A stretch of DNA of 64,000 bases from Robiginitomaculum sp. (GCA_965224805.1 OZ245063.1:283212-347211); one strand, 5' to 3'; shown: positions 48,191-57,662, counted from the first letter of the stretch. Notes: generated by a model from the letters alone, not told the origin. Translations and numbers: made by a program.

Positions 48191-48574
48191 ATGAACGGAC
48201 TTTTATATGTAGCCCTTGGAGGGGCCTTAGGCGCGTCAATGCGGCATGTGCTCGGCATGGCTATGTTAAAAACCATGGGGCCAAATTACCCTTGGGGCAC
48301 TTTGGCGGCCAATATTATCGGCGGGCTATTGATGGGAATTTTGGTTGGTTGGCTGGCCTTTAAAGTCAGCGGCGGGGAAAATCTGCGCTTGCTCCTCGGC
48401 GTTGGCGTATTAGGTGGGTTCACCACATTTTCGTCCTTTTCGATAGAGGCCGTGCGCATGATAGAAGCTAAGGCTTACGGCTTGGCAGCGGGATATATTT
48501 CTGCCTCGGTGGTGCTGTCGATCTTGGCGGTATTTGCAGGTCTGTTAATGGCCAGAAAGCTATTTGCCCTATGA
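48191..48574 (+). CDS. crcB: fluoride ion channel CrcB/FluC
   Basis: 127 aa with four TM helices. YVALGGALGASMRH...GTLAANIIGGLLMG...GVLGGFTTFSSF. Confidence 0.9.
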   Translation: MNGLLYVALGGALGASMRHVLGMAMLKTMGPNYPWGTLAANIIGGLLMGILVGWLAFKVSGGENLRLLLGVGVLGGFTTFSSFSIEAVRMIEAKAYGLAAGYISASVVLSILAVFAGLLMARKLFAL

Positions 48575-49542
48575 GTGGTGTTCAAAAAATGATTGTGGAT
48601 GAGGGCGATGCAGGTTCGCGCCTTGATCGTTGGTTTAAACGCCAATTCCCCCATATTCCGCATGGGCGTGTTGAAAAATTGCTGCGCACTGGGCAACTTC
48701 GCATTGACGGAAAACGGGCCAAGGGTAAAGACAGATTGGACGCAGGGCAAACCATCCGCGTGCCGCCCCTGCCTGAACCTGGCGAGAAAAAACCACCCAG
48801 ACACGTGTCGGACGCAGATGTGAATTTCATGCGGGCCTTGGTGATCTACGAAGACAATGACCTCATTGCGCTCAATAAACCCGCAGGCCTTGCTGTGCAG
48901 GGCGGTACGAATACGACGCGCCATATTGATGGTTTGTTGCCAGCTCTTGCCTATAAAGGCACACCGCCGCGCCTTGTTCATAGGCTCGACAAGGATACGA
49001 GCGGGGTTTTGATTGTGGCCAAAAATGCCAAATCTGCTGCTTGGCTCGGCAAAGCTTTTCAGGGACGTAATATCCAAAAAATATATTGGGGTATCACCAA
49101 TGGTGTGCCGCGCCCCTCCACTGGCGAGATCAAAGGCTATATTGCCAAGGGCGAGGGGATGGATGGCCGCGAGGTGATGATCGCGGTTAAGCACGGGGCG
49201 GACGGAGCTAAACACGCACGCACATTGTATCAATGCCCTGCCGAAGCAGGAAAACGGGCCGCGTGGGTGGTCATGCAACCACTCTCAGGCCGCAAACATC
49301 AGCTCCGCCTCCATATGCACCTCTTGGGCACACCACTGGCCGGCGATCCGAAATATACAACCGAAAGAGAATTTCCTGGTGGACTCAAGAATGCTCTCCA
49401 CCTACATGCAAAATCCCTGACCATTCCTCATCCAGACGGATCTGAAATTTACCTACAAGCCCCATTGTCAAACCATATGAAGCGGGCATTTGATTTGCTG
49501 GGCTTTGATGAAAACACACCCACTGAACTTATGGAACCGTAA
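48571..49542 (+). CDS. RluA-family (RluC/D-like) 23S rRNA pseudouridine synthase
   Basis: 323 aa with an S4-like N-terminus and the catalytic HRLDKDTSGVL. It has a 4-nt overlap with crcB. Confidence 0.88.
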   Translation: MSGVQKMIVDEGDAGSRLDRWFKRQFPHIPHGRVEKLLRTGQLRIDGKRAKGKDRLDAGQTIRVPPLPEPGEKKPPRHVSDADVNFMRALVIYEDNDLIALNKPAGLAVQGGTNTTRHIDGLLPALAYKGTPPRLVHRLDKDTSGVLIVAKNAKSAAWLGKAFQGRNIQKIYWGITNGVPRPSTGEIKGYIAKGEGMDGREVMIAVKHGADGAKHARTLYQCPAEAGKRAAWVVMQPLSGRKHQLRLHMHLLGTPLAGDPKYTTEREFPGGLKNALHLHAKSLTIPHPDGSEIYLQAPLSNHMKRAFDLLGFDENTPTELMEP

Positions 49543-50232
49543 ATGGCTAAGCGGTTTTATAAGCAAGTAACAATACAGGCGAGCGGAGATGCTTACGCTA
49601 TCTTGCTAGACGGGCGGGTTTTAAAAACACCGGGCAAACAAGCTTTGGTAATCCCCCATCAGTTTCAAGCAAAATTAGTGGCAGCAGAATGGCAAGCGCA
49701 GGGCGACGATATTGTGCCCGACAGTATGCCTTGCACACGGTTGATGAATGTGGCGTGCGAGCTAACCCCCAGCCGCCGCCCAGAACTAGTTGCAGAATTT
49801 AACTCTTATTGTAATACGGATTTATTGTGTTTTCGCAGCTCTGCTCCGCAAGATTTGGCCAAGCGGCAAGACGATATCTGGCAATCCGTTTTGGATTGGG
49901 CGGCAGTAAGCAACGGTATTGCCTTACTTGTGACCACAAGCCTTAAAACTCCCGCTCACCCTAAATCCACATTGCTTGCGACCAGCGCATATGCGCAGAA
50001 ACTTGACGACGTTGACCTGACACTATTGTTACATTTTACCGCAAGTTTTGGTTCAGGCATTTTGGCTTTGGCCTTGCTAGAAGGGTATCTGGATGTGTGC
50101 TCTGCAATTGAGGCCTCACGCTTGGACGAAATTTACCAAAATGAGCGTTGGGGTTCGGACGAAGAGGCGGAAGCGCGAGCGCAAAACATCGGCATAGAAC
50201 TGACTGCATTGGCAGGTTTAATCACGGAGTAA
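49543..50232 (+). CDS. ATP12-family F1-ATPase assembly chaperone
   Basis: 229 aa. KRFYKQVTIQASGDAYAILLDGRVLKTPGKQALVIP is a typical ATP12 N-terminus. Confidence 0.8.
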   Translation: MAKRFYKQVTIQASGDAYAILLDGRVLKTPGKQALVIPHQFQAKLVAAEWQAQGDDIVPDSMPCTRLMNVACELTPSRRPELVAEFNSYCNTDLLCFRSSAPQDLAKRQDDIWQSVLDWAAVSNGIALLVTTSLKTPAHPKSTLLATSAYAQKLDDVDLTLLLHFTASFGSGILALALLEGYLDVCSAIEASRLDEIYQNERWGSDEEAEARAQNIGIELTALAGLITE

Positions 50233-50235
50233 ATT

Positions 50236-50643
50236 ATGGGAAATCAGGCATTGGTTAGCGAACGGGCTGGCGGCATTTATACCCAAGATGTCACGGCGAG
50301 AGATCATAAGACTTACGCCGATGAACCCATAAATCTAGGCGGCTCTGATCTCGGCATGGCCCCATTTGAATTTGTCTGCGCTGGCTTAGGTTCTTGCACC
50401 AATATAACTTTGCGCATGTACGCGGAGAGAAAAAAATGGCCTGTGGAGCATATATCCGTCGATGTCGCCTATAAAAAATCTGACCTTGGCGCGGATATGA
50501 AAAATATTTTCGTACGAAAAATTTCCATCACAGGGGATTTGGACGAAACACAACGTAACCGCATGATGCAGATCGCCGAAAAATGCCCCGTGCATAAAAT
50601 GCTGGAAGCCAGTAGCGAAATACGGACGCAATTGACGGGCTAA
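50236..50643 (+). CDS. OsmC-family peroxiredoxin-like protein
   Basis: 135 aa. FVCAGLGSCTNITLRMYA...EKCPVHKML carries the two conserved Cys contexts. Confidence 0.8.
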   Translation: MGNQALVSERAGGIYTQDVTARDHKTYADEPINLGGSDLGMAPFEFVCAGLGSCTNITLRMYAERKKWPVEHISVDVAYKKSDLGADMKNIFVRKISITGDLDETQRNRMMQIAEKCPVHKMLEASSEIRTQLTG

Positions 50644-50660
50644 ACCATAAAGGCACTGGT

Positions 50661-51365
50661 ATGAAAATTCATTATATTCAACATGCATCCTTCGAACATT
50701 TGGGCAGTATGGAGGTTTTTTTGCGCGACAGAGGGCATGCACTTTCATCCACTCACATCTATGCAGGCGAGGTGCTGCCGCCTCTGGATACATTTGATTG
50801 GTTGATAATTATGGGCGGCCCGATGAATATTTACCACGAGGAGGCGCACCCTTGGCTACGGGTTGAAAAAACATTTATCAAATCTGCAATTGACGCAGGC
50901 AAAACCGCACTCGGTATTTGTCTGGGCGCGCAATTAATCGCGGACGTGTTGGGCGCCAAGGTCAATAAACATACACACACAGAAATTGGTTGGCACGAAA
51001 TATCGCGCACGGATGTGGTGCAAGAGACAAGCCTTGCCAGTGCTATCCCAAAACACATACATGTGTTTCAATGGCACGAAGATATGTTTGAAATACCAGA
51101 AGGTGCAGTTGCACTTGCGCGTAGTGAGGCGTGCCAAAACCAAGGGTTTATCTTTCAAGATCGCGTGCTGGCTTTGCAATTTCACCTAGAAATGACACAG
51201 GAATTGACTGAAACTTTCATAAGTAATTTTAATAATGATTTAGATGATTCACACTATGTACAATCGGCATGTCAGATGCTTTTAGATAATCAAAAATTTA
51301 TTGATAATGAAAAAATGATGTGCGAAATTTTGAACTGTATGGAAATGGTAGCCAAACAGAGTTAG
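50661..51365 (+). CDS. class I glutamine amidotransferase-like protein
   Basis: 234 aa with the nucleophile elbow GICLGAQLIA and FQWHED, FHLE. Confidence 0.8.
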   Translation: MKIHYIQHASFEHLGSMEVFLRDRGHALSSTHIYAGEVLPPLDTFDWLIIMGGPMNIYHEEAHPWLRVEKTFIKSAIDAGKTALGICLGAQLIADVLGAKVNKHTHTEIGWHEISRTDVVQETSLASAIPKHIHVFQWHEDMFEIPEGAVALARSEACQNQGFIFQDRVLALQFHLEMTQELTETFISNFNNDLDDSHYVQSACQMLLDNQKFIDNEKMMCEILNCMEMVAKQS

Positions 51366-51449
51366 CTAATATATCCAGTATAAAGGCTAAGCTATGCGCA
51401 AAATTCACTTTAATTTGCCAAAATATATCATTGAAATAACTATGGAAAC

Positions 51450-51524
51450 TGGTGCCGCAAGGGAGAATTGAACTCCCGACCTCATCATTACCAATGATGC
51501 GCTCTACCACTGAGCTACTGCGGC
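51450..51524 (-). tRNA. tRNA-Thr (anticodon GGU)
   Basis: The reverse complement is GCCGCAG TA GCTC AGTGGTA GAGC G CATCA TTGGTAA TGATG AGGTC GGGAG TTCAATT CTCCC TTGCGGC ACCA. It folds as a full cloverleaf of 75 nt with an encoded CCA and anticodon-loop positions 34-36 = GGT. Confidence 0.92.
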
Positions 51525-51773
51525 GTTATTGGGGTTTGGAAATAGAAAACCCCAGTATGTGCCAGTTACGTGTTAGATGTTGTTTTGACAACAAGTGTTC
51601 AACTCGAATTGACGGGTTCTAAATACATGATTTTTTAAATGTCACAAGCTGTAATAACGCGGGTGGTGCATATATAAGGCGGCCTAAATGCCATCTCATA
51701 AAACGCCGATTGGGTTTATTTTGCTGTGAGAAACGCAAGCCAAGTTGCGAGTTCAGTTGATTTTATTCCAGAA

Positions 51774-53474
51774 CTAAAACCGTGCTTTAAACCCAACATT
51801 CACCGCATGGGCGGTGACGTCGTCGTTAGAGACGAGTTGGGGGGCTACGAAGGGGATGAAGCCTTTGTTATAGATATATTCCACGCCGAAATCGAGGTAA
51901 TCATTGACGGGATAAAGCGCGCTTAAGGCATGTTGTTGGTTGTTTTTCCATGTGGTGGGTTGACCGCCAATGCCGACACCGACAAAATCATCACCAATAT
52001 TGCCCCAAGAGCCAACGGCGGCGAGGATCATACGGCGTCCATTTGGCAGCATGGGTTTGATGCGGGCTTGGGCTACAAACACTTCTAGGTTTTGGTCAAA
52101 GCTGATATTGTTAATATCGTCAGGTGCGCCGAGCGCGTCGATAATATAGGCAGGGTTTACGAAGCCGTTGGCGTCTTGGGGAATGGCCGCGCCCCAGGGT
52201 TTGAGGCTAGTTGTGTATTCAAACATCAAATCGAACATCGGGCTGGTATATTCGGCAAAAGCGTCTACGGCCCCGTTTCGGTACGAGATGAAATTGGCGG
52301 GAGGTGTGCCCGAACCGATCAAGCCAAAGGTGTGGGCGGTGAAATTATTACGGTAGCTGGTATCGTGAATATAACTGGCGCCAAGCGTGAAAGCACCGCC
52401 ATTGCCGATCAGGAATTCTTTTTCGATACTGGCGGCGTAATTGGCAATTTTATTTTCGTTTTCCGCGCCCGCATAACCAACGCGAAGTTGACGACCGCCA
52501 CTAAAGGCCGTACCTGTTAGTTTAAAGCCGTTATTATAATAACCAAGTTCCAACACGGGTTGGTCGCTGACGGCGTGGAAATAATGTTGAGCCTCAGTTT
52601 GGGTGAAAGCGTTATAGCCGTCAAAATTACCAAAATCGATAGTTTTGCGGCCAAAGGCAGCGTAAAATGGTGTTTTCTCCAAATTACCAAACACTACATA
52701 GGCTTTGCGGAGTTGAAATTCGCTTTGTCCGAAAAACTCGGTTTCTGAATATTCAGGCTGAAGATAAAAACTTGTCCAATCGCCGAATGTGCCCGTGAAA
52801 GCAAGGGCGGCGTTGTTTATCACAAAGACGCCAGACGATGTTTCCGTGCGGGCTGTAAAATCTGGGAAGCGTGACAATATGGGGAACAGGCCCGCATCAC
52901 TCGTAGTTTGCCACATCATACCCGCTTTCATGGCGCCGCCAAGCGTGAGGGAATTTGGCGCAAGTGTGCCGTTGGCTTTATTGACCAGTAATGACAATGT
53001 TTTGCCCGTAGTGTTTTCCTGCCAATCCAGCATTTGCCGTGTGTGAGCAACGCGAGTGTTGACTACCCCGCCGCCGAGGTTGAAATTGCGGTCAAATCCA
53101 CGGCTTGCCCCGCGCAGGCGCAGTGGGCCGTATTGATTGGCAGCGTATTGATAATTACCTGTCGGCACTTGCTGATTGACAAGTTGAACTGGGTTGGGGG
53201 CGTATCCCAAACGTGCTCCGCTTGCCTGCACGTAAGACGAGGACGAATAATTGGGTTGGTATTGAGGTTGAACCTGATATTGCCCCCTGACCACATGCCC
53301 CAAAAGCTGTGGTTGTGGTTGCATTTGGGCTTGCATATATGCTCGCGCTTGCGGCATCACATGCCCACCGCGAAGGCCAAGCCCGTTAGCGGCAAGGATG
53401 GGTGTGGAGATGGCTAAAGTTGCTGCTCCTGATAATAGTAAAATTTTTGAAGTCTTGGAATGTAACAAAGCCAT
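51774..53474 (-). CDS. outer-membrane beta-barrel porin-like protein with a Gln/Pro-rich N-terminal segment
   Basis: 566 aa with a signal peptide (LLLSGAATLAISTPILA) and low-complexity MQAQMQPQPQ...QYQVQPQYQPNYSSSS. A long alternating beta region follows, ending ...VNVGFKARF. Confidence 0.65.
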   Translation of the reverse strand: MALLHSKTSKILLLSGAATLAISTPILAANGLGLRGGHVMPQARAYMQAQMQPQPQLLGHVVRGQYQVQPQYQPNYSSSSYVQASGARLGYAPNPVQLVNQQVPTGNYQYAANQYGPLRLRGASRGFDRNFNLGGGVVNTRVAHTRQMLDWQENTTGKTLSLLVNKANGTLAPNSLTLGGAMKAGMMWQTTSDAGLFPILSRFPDFTARTETSSGVFVINNAALAFTGTFGDWTSFYLQPEYSETEFFGQSEFQLRKAYVVFGNLEKTPFYAAFGRKTIDFGNFDGYNAFTQTEAQHYFHAVSDQPVLELGYYNNGFKLTGTAFSGGRQLRVGYAGAENENKIANYAASIEKEFLIGNGGAFTLGASYIHDTSYRNNFTAHTFGLIGSGTPPANFISYRNGAVDAFAEYTSPMFDLMFEYTTSLKPWGAAIPQDANGFVNPAYIIDALGAPDDINNISFDQNLEVFVAQARIKPMLPNGRRMILAAVGSWGNIGDDFVGVGIGGQPTTWKNNQQHALSALYPVNDYLDFGVEYIYNKGFIPFVAPQLVSNDDVTAHAVNVGFKARF

Positions 53475-53555
53475 ATGCCAGCCTATCTTGGTTTGAATAT
53501 AGGTCAGTGCTAATGTGTAAATCTTTCTAATTATTTAAGAGATACACATCGTTGC

Positions 53556-55013
53556 TTATTTTTCAGCAACGCGTTTTTCTTCCACCTCTAGTTCATGTTC
53601 ACGTACCTTACGGTACAGCGTTGAACGACCAATGCCGAGGCGACGGGCTACTTCTGACATGTGGCCACTATATGTATCGATAGCAAATTGGATAAGATCG
53701 GATTCAATGGCTCCCAGCGTACGCAAATGACCACTACGGTCTAATATACTTATATCGGTCTCTTCCGTGTCTGTTTCTGCTGTGTCTAATGTGGCTTGCA
53801 TGCCTGATGTTTCTTGGGACGGAATAACGGGGGCGAGGCCTGAGATTTGCGGAAAATCTTCGGGTTGCAACATATGCCCATCTGACAGTATGACAGCGCG
53901 AAAAACTGTGTTTTCTAACTGCCTAACATTACCCGGCCAGTCAAAGTTTTTCAAAATTTCAAGGGTTTTATGACTTATTCCGCGCACACTCATGCGTTCT
54001 TGGGCGTTAAACCGTTTGATGAAATGATCTGCGAGGGTGGCAATATCCTCTTTGCGTTCGCGCAAAGCAGGAATTTCTATTGGGAATACATTGAGGCGGT
54101 AATATAAGTCTTCGCGAAAACTTCCGTCTTTTACTGCGTCAGCAAGATTGCGATTGGTTGCTGAAATAATCCGCACATCAACTTTGGTGGGCCGTTTGGA
54201 GCCAATAGGGTCAACTTCGCCTTCTTGTAATACGCGCAGCAGTTTAACTTGCATAGCAAGGGGCAATTCTCCAACTTCATCAAGAAATAATGTACCCGTA
54301 TCCGCTTCTTGAAATTTACCGTAATGTTTAGTATTTGCGCCCGTAAAACTACCTTTTTCGTGGCCAAACAAAATGCTTTCGACCAAATTTTCAGGAATTG
54401 CACCGCAGTTTACTGTGACAAATGGTTTGCCAACTCGCTCGGATGTACCTTGGATAGCGCGGGCAACGATTTCTTTGCCGACACCGCTTTCCCCAGTTAT
54501 CAAGATAGGAATATTGGCACGTGCGCCCCGTTCACCCATAGCCACAACACTGCGCATAGACGGTGCATTGCCGATTAAATCTTTAAAGGTTAGCTCGCCT
54601 TTACCCGTCTTTTTAAGCCGTGTGACTTCGCAGGCCAGTGTTTTAATTTCGAGGGCGTTGCGCAGAGATATAATAATGCGTTCAGGGCTGGCGGGTTTAA
54701 CTAAAAAATCACGTGCCCCGTCTTGCATGGCTTTGACAACCGCATCAATACTGCCTGTACCTGTGAGAACAATGACAGGTAGGTTAGGGCGTTTTGCGTT
54801 TAATTCTTTAAGTGTATCCATGCCGCTCTTGCCTGGCATAACCAAATCGAGAAGCACGATGTCGATATTATCTCCATTGGGCGCAAAAACCATATCAAGT
54901 GCGCTGTCACCATCTGCGGCTTGCAGAGTGGAAAACCCGCTTTTTTCGATGACAGCTTGCAAGATGCGCCGCTGAGTCGGATCATCATCAACAATTAATA
55001 CTGACTTACCCAT
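53556..55013 (-). CDS. sigma-54-dependent response regulator (NtrC family, possibly TacA-like)
   Basis: 485 aa. It has a receiver domain (LIVDDD, LLDLVMPG), an AAA+ domain (GESGVGKE, GSFTGA, FLDEVGEL) and a C-terminal Fis-type HTH (RRLGIGRSTLYRKVRE). Confidence 0.88.
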   Translation of the reverse strand: MGKSVLIVDDDPTQRRILQAVIEKSGFSTLQAADGDSALDMVFAPNGDNIDIVLLDLVMPGKSGMDTLKELNAKRPNLPVIVLTGTGSIDAVVKAMQDGARDFLVKPASPERIIISLRNALEIKTLACEVTRLKKTGKGELTFKDLIGNAPSMRSVVAMGERGARANIPILITGESGVGKEIVARAIQGTSERVGKPFVTVNCGAIPENLVESILFGHEKGSFTGANTKHYGKFQEADTGTLFLDEVGELPLAMQVKLLRVLQEGEVDPIGSKRPTKVDVRIISATNRNLADAVKDGSFREDLYYRLNVFPIEIPALRERKEDIATLADHFIKRFNAQERMSVRGISHKTLEILKNFDWPGNVRQLENTVFRAVILSDGHMLQPEDFPQISGLAPVIPSQETSGMQATLDTAETDTEETDISILDRSGHLRTLGAIESDLIQFAIDTYSGHMSEVARRLGIGRSTLYRKVREHELEVEEKRVAEK

Positions 55014-55224
55014 AATTCACCTAAACCTTGTTTATGGCCAGCTCGTGCTAGCTCTTTTGGTTCTTTTCATGTGTCAATATGGCGCAAATTAGTGAAAATC
55101 CGCTTAAATGGGACGGTTAACAAAGGCTAAATCTGCTTTATTGGCCTATCTTGTCGCGTGCCACTTGCATGGGTAAAATCACCATGCTAACCAAAGTTAA
55201 TATTATTCAGTAAAGAGAGAGATT

Positions 55225-55527
55225 ATGGCGTCCAAGCATTCAGATTACATTCGCGGCGAAATGCCAGTTTTTGGCCATGACAAAACATTTAAAGGTTTTG
55301 TCAAAATATCTGCCTTTACCACGGCTTTTATCATTGTTGTTTTGTTGATGCCAATTCTTGTGTTTACGGCTCATATGTCGTGGCTACCTGCTTTAATCGC
55401 GACTGTTGTGGTGGGCTTGCTTATCGCACCACCACTTAAGCTTGGCGGGGCATGGTATATGACATTATTTGGCATGGCGGGTGTGACAGGATTGTTATGT
55501 GTGTTCATCTCCATGATCGCTGGATAA
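55225..55527 (+). CDS. small membrane protein, N-terminus resembling bacterial aa3 oxidase subunit IV-like proteins
   Basis: 100 aa. HSDYIRGEMPVFGHDKTFKGFVKISAFTT is followed by 2-3 TM helices. As I recall, such small genes commonly precede pntA in alphaproteobacteria. Confidence 0.45.
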   Translation: MASKHSDYIRGEMPVFGHDKTFKGFVKISAFTTAFIIVVLLMPILVFTAHMSWLPALIATVVVGLLIAPPLKLGGAWYMTLFGMAGVTGLLCVFISMIAG

Positions 55528-55548
55528 TTCTTGTAAGGACGTGAAATT

Positions 55549-56676
55549 TTGAAAATTGCCGTATTAAAAGAAACCGCTGCTCATGAAGCGCGGGTGGCCG
55601 TTAATCCTGACACGGTAAAATATTATATTACCCAAGGGCATGTGCTTACCATCACCAAAGGTGCTGGCAAGGCCGCGCATTTTTCAGATGCAGATTACAA
55701 AGCGGCAGGGGCGACTATCAGTGCCACCAATGTTGCATGTGTGAAAACTGCTGATTTGGTCATGAGCATTAATGGCGGCACGAAAGCGTTAGTTGCCAAA
55801 ATGAAAAAGGGAGCAGGGCTAGCGGGGCTCATGAACCCGACCGACCATCCTGATTTTGCTAAAGCGTGCGCCAAAGCAGGGGTGACGGCTTACGCTCTTG
55901 AATATATCCCGCGTATTTCTCGCGCTCAGGCCATGGATGTGCTTTCGTCTCAATCAAATTTGGCAGGTTATCGGAGTGTGGTTGAAGCCGCCTCTATTTA
56001 TGGCCGTGCTTTCCCGATGATGATGACGGCGGCGGGTACGATTGCACCAGCCAAAGTGTTTATTATGGGCGCAGGAGTTGCAGGCTTGCAGGCCATTGCA
56101 ACGGCAAGACGTCTCGGGGCGGTCACCACGGCAACCGATGTACGCCCCGCTGCCAAAGAACAAGTGGCGAGCCTCGGCGCGAAATTTATCGCCGTTGAAA
56201 ATGAAGAATTTAAACAGGCGGAAACGGCAGCAGGTTACGCCAAGCAAATGTCGGCTGAGTACCAAAAACTGCAAACCGAGTTGATGGCCAAGCATATTGC
56301 AAAACAAGACATTGTGGTGACAACGGCCCTCATCCCTGGACGCCCTGCACCGCGCCTCATCGACACCGCCATGATAAAATCCATGAAAGCGGGCAGTGTG
56401 GTGGTTGACCTCGCCATTGAGCGCGGGGGCAATGTGCAAGGGGCGAAAGCTGGCGAAATTGTTGAAACTTCGGGCGGCGTAAAAATCGTCGGTACACTCA
56501 ATTGGCCATCCCGCATGGCGGCAGATAGCTCGTCTCTCTTTGCCCGAAACTTACGCAATCTATTGCCGCTCATGACCGCAGAAGACGGAAGCTATGCTCC
56601 TGATTGGGACGACGAAATTATTCAAGGGTGTGCGTTGACACGAGACGGAAAAGTTATCCACGAACGCTTATTGTAA
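55549..56676 (+). CDS. pntAA: NAD(P) transhydrogenase subunit alpha part 1 (dI)
   Basis: TTG start. 375 aa. MKIAVLKE...VFIMGAGVAGLQAIATARRLGA (Rossmann fold)...TTALIPGRPAP. Confidence 0.93.
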   Translation: MKIAVLKETAAHEARVAVNPDTVKYYITQGHVLTITKGAGKAAHFSDADYKAAGATISATNVACVKTADLVMSINGGTKALVAKMKKGAGLAGLMNPTDHPDFAKACAKAGVTAYALEYIPRISRAQAMDVLSSQSNLAGYRSVVEAASIYGRAFPMMMTAAGTIAPAKVFIMGAGVAGLQAIATARRLGAVTTATDVRPAAKEQVASLGAKFIAVENEEFKQAETAAGYAKQMSAEYQKLQTELMAKHIAKQDIVVTTALIPGRPAPRLIDTAMIKSMKAGSVVVDLAIERGGNVQGAKAGEIVETSGGVKIVGTLNWPSRMAADSSSLFARNLRNLLPLMTAEDGSYAPDWDDEIIQGCALTRDGKVIHERLL

Positions 56677-56686
56677 AGGATAGACT

Positions 56687-57010
56687 ATGCATATGATAAT
56701 AATGGCAGGGACGGGCGCAGGGGTTTCCCCGTTCGTCTTTCAATTGGCGATTTTTGTTCTGGCAATTTTTGTAGGCTATTTCGTTGTATGGGCCGTAACC
56801 CCCGCACTCCACACCCCGCTTATGGCCGTTACTAATGCCATTTCGTCTGTGATAATCGTTGGCGCATTGGTTGCCGTATCTTCAACTGCTAGCGGTATTA
56901 CCCTGTCCAGTAGCATGGGCCTCGCCGCAACCCTCCTGTGCGCGGTCAATATTTTCGGCGGCTTCTTGGTCACCCAGCGCATGCTCGCCATGTATAAGAA
57001 AAAGGGGTAG
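56687..57010 (+). CDS. pntAB: NAD(P) transhydrogenase subunit alpha part 2 (membrane dII-a)
   Basis: 107 aa with three TM helices, ending GGFLVTQRMLAMYKKKG. Confidence 0.9.
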   Translation: MHMIIMAGTGAGVSPFVFQLAIFVLAIFVGYFVVWAVTPALHTPLMAVTNAISSVIIVGALVAVSSTASGITLSSSMGLAATLLCAVNIFGGFLVTQRMLAMYKKKG

Positions 57011-57019
57011 GCTGTGGAG

Positions 57020-57328
57020 ATGTCCCAAGAACATATCCTCAACACACTCAGTAAATTGCGCCCGAGGCTTGAACAAAAATACGGCGTTGAAATTTTTGGT
57101 ATTGTTGGGTCTTGGGCGCGTAATACGGCGAGCCCCGATAGTGATATTGATATTGTCTACCGTATAAAAAATATCGAGAAATTTGCATCTGTGCCGTGGA
57201 ATATTGGGGCACTTTGGAATGAATTCCAAAATACATTTGAATGTGATGTAGACATCATTGATTGGGAAGCGTTGCTACCCCGTCACAAAGATATTATGCA
57301 AAAAGACTTGGTCACATTTTATGGATGA
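57020..57328 (+). CDS. mntA: MntA-type minimal nucleotidyltransferase (type VII antitoxin)
   Basis: 102 aa (104 aa if it starts at GTG 57014). It carries the GSWARNTASPDSDIDIV signature (GSxxR...DxD) and a later DVDIID. It begins 3-9 nt after the pntAB stop. Confidence 0.8.
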   Translation: MSQEHILNTLSKLRPRLEQKYGVEIFGIVGSWARNTASPDSDIDIVYRIKNIEKFASVPWNIGALWNEFQNTFECDVDIIDWEALLPRHKDIMQKDLVTFYG

Positions 57329-57662
57329 AGTCACTACCAGCCGATTATTGGATATGAAAGAATATGCCGAAAAAGCCATATTACTTTTGGGGGATTTGTC
57401 CTATTCTGATTTTTCAAAGGATATGCGTACAAACCTAGCCGTCACAAGATGCGTAGAAATTATTGGCGAAGCCGCCTCACATGTTCCTGATGTCCAAAAG
57501 GCAAAAGCACCCGAAGTAAATTGGAAAGATATAATCGGAACGCGTATTGTATTGGCCCATGCCTACATGCGAATTACGCTAAGGACAATTTATGACATTG
57601 CTCGTTCGGAACTTCCCTCTTTAATACAACAACTCAATCACATATTGGATGATGAAAAATGA
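57321..57662 (+). CDS. hepT: HepT-type HEPN (DUF86) toxin
   Basis: ATG 57321 overlaps the mntA stop (57326-57328). 113 aa with RCVEIIGEAASHV and the R-x4-H motif (RIVLAHAY). Its TGA (57660-57662) overlaps the pntB ATG (57659). Confidence 0.8.
   Translation: MDEVTTSRLLDMKEYAEKAILLLGDLSYSDFSKDMRTNLAVTRCVEIIGEAASHVPDVQKAKAPEVNWKDIIGTRIVLAHAYMRITLRTIYDIARSELPSLIQQLNHILDDEK

Noticed and set aside
48475-49278. 267-aa ORF antisense to crcB and the pseudouridine synthase gene
   Set aside because: The opposite strand encodes two clearly recognisable proteins (CrcB, and an RluA family member with HRLDKDTSG). The antisense translation has no motifs and an Arg/His/Cys-rich composition.
51298-51510. 70-aa minus-strand ORF overlapping tRNA-Thr
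   Set aside because: The region from 51450 to 51524 folds as a perfect tRNA cloverleaf, so the ORF is an artefact of translating through the tRNA gene.
54373-54975. 200-aa ORF antisense to the sigma-54 activator gene
   Set aside because: It is a shadow ORF inside a gene with complete receiver, AAA+ and HTH signatures. The translation is Ser/Arg/Pro-rich with no start context.
55130-55180. Sigma-54 promoter near GCGTGCCACTTGCAT between the activator gene and the pnt upstream gene
   Set aside because: Neither strand gives the GG-N10-GC spacing of TGGCAC-N5-TTGC. The resemblance is limited to a GCCAC/TTGC fragment in the wrong order.
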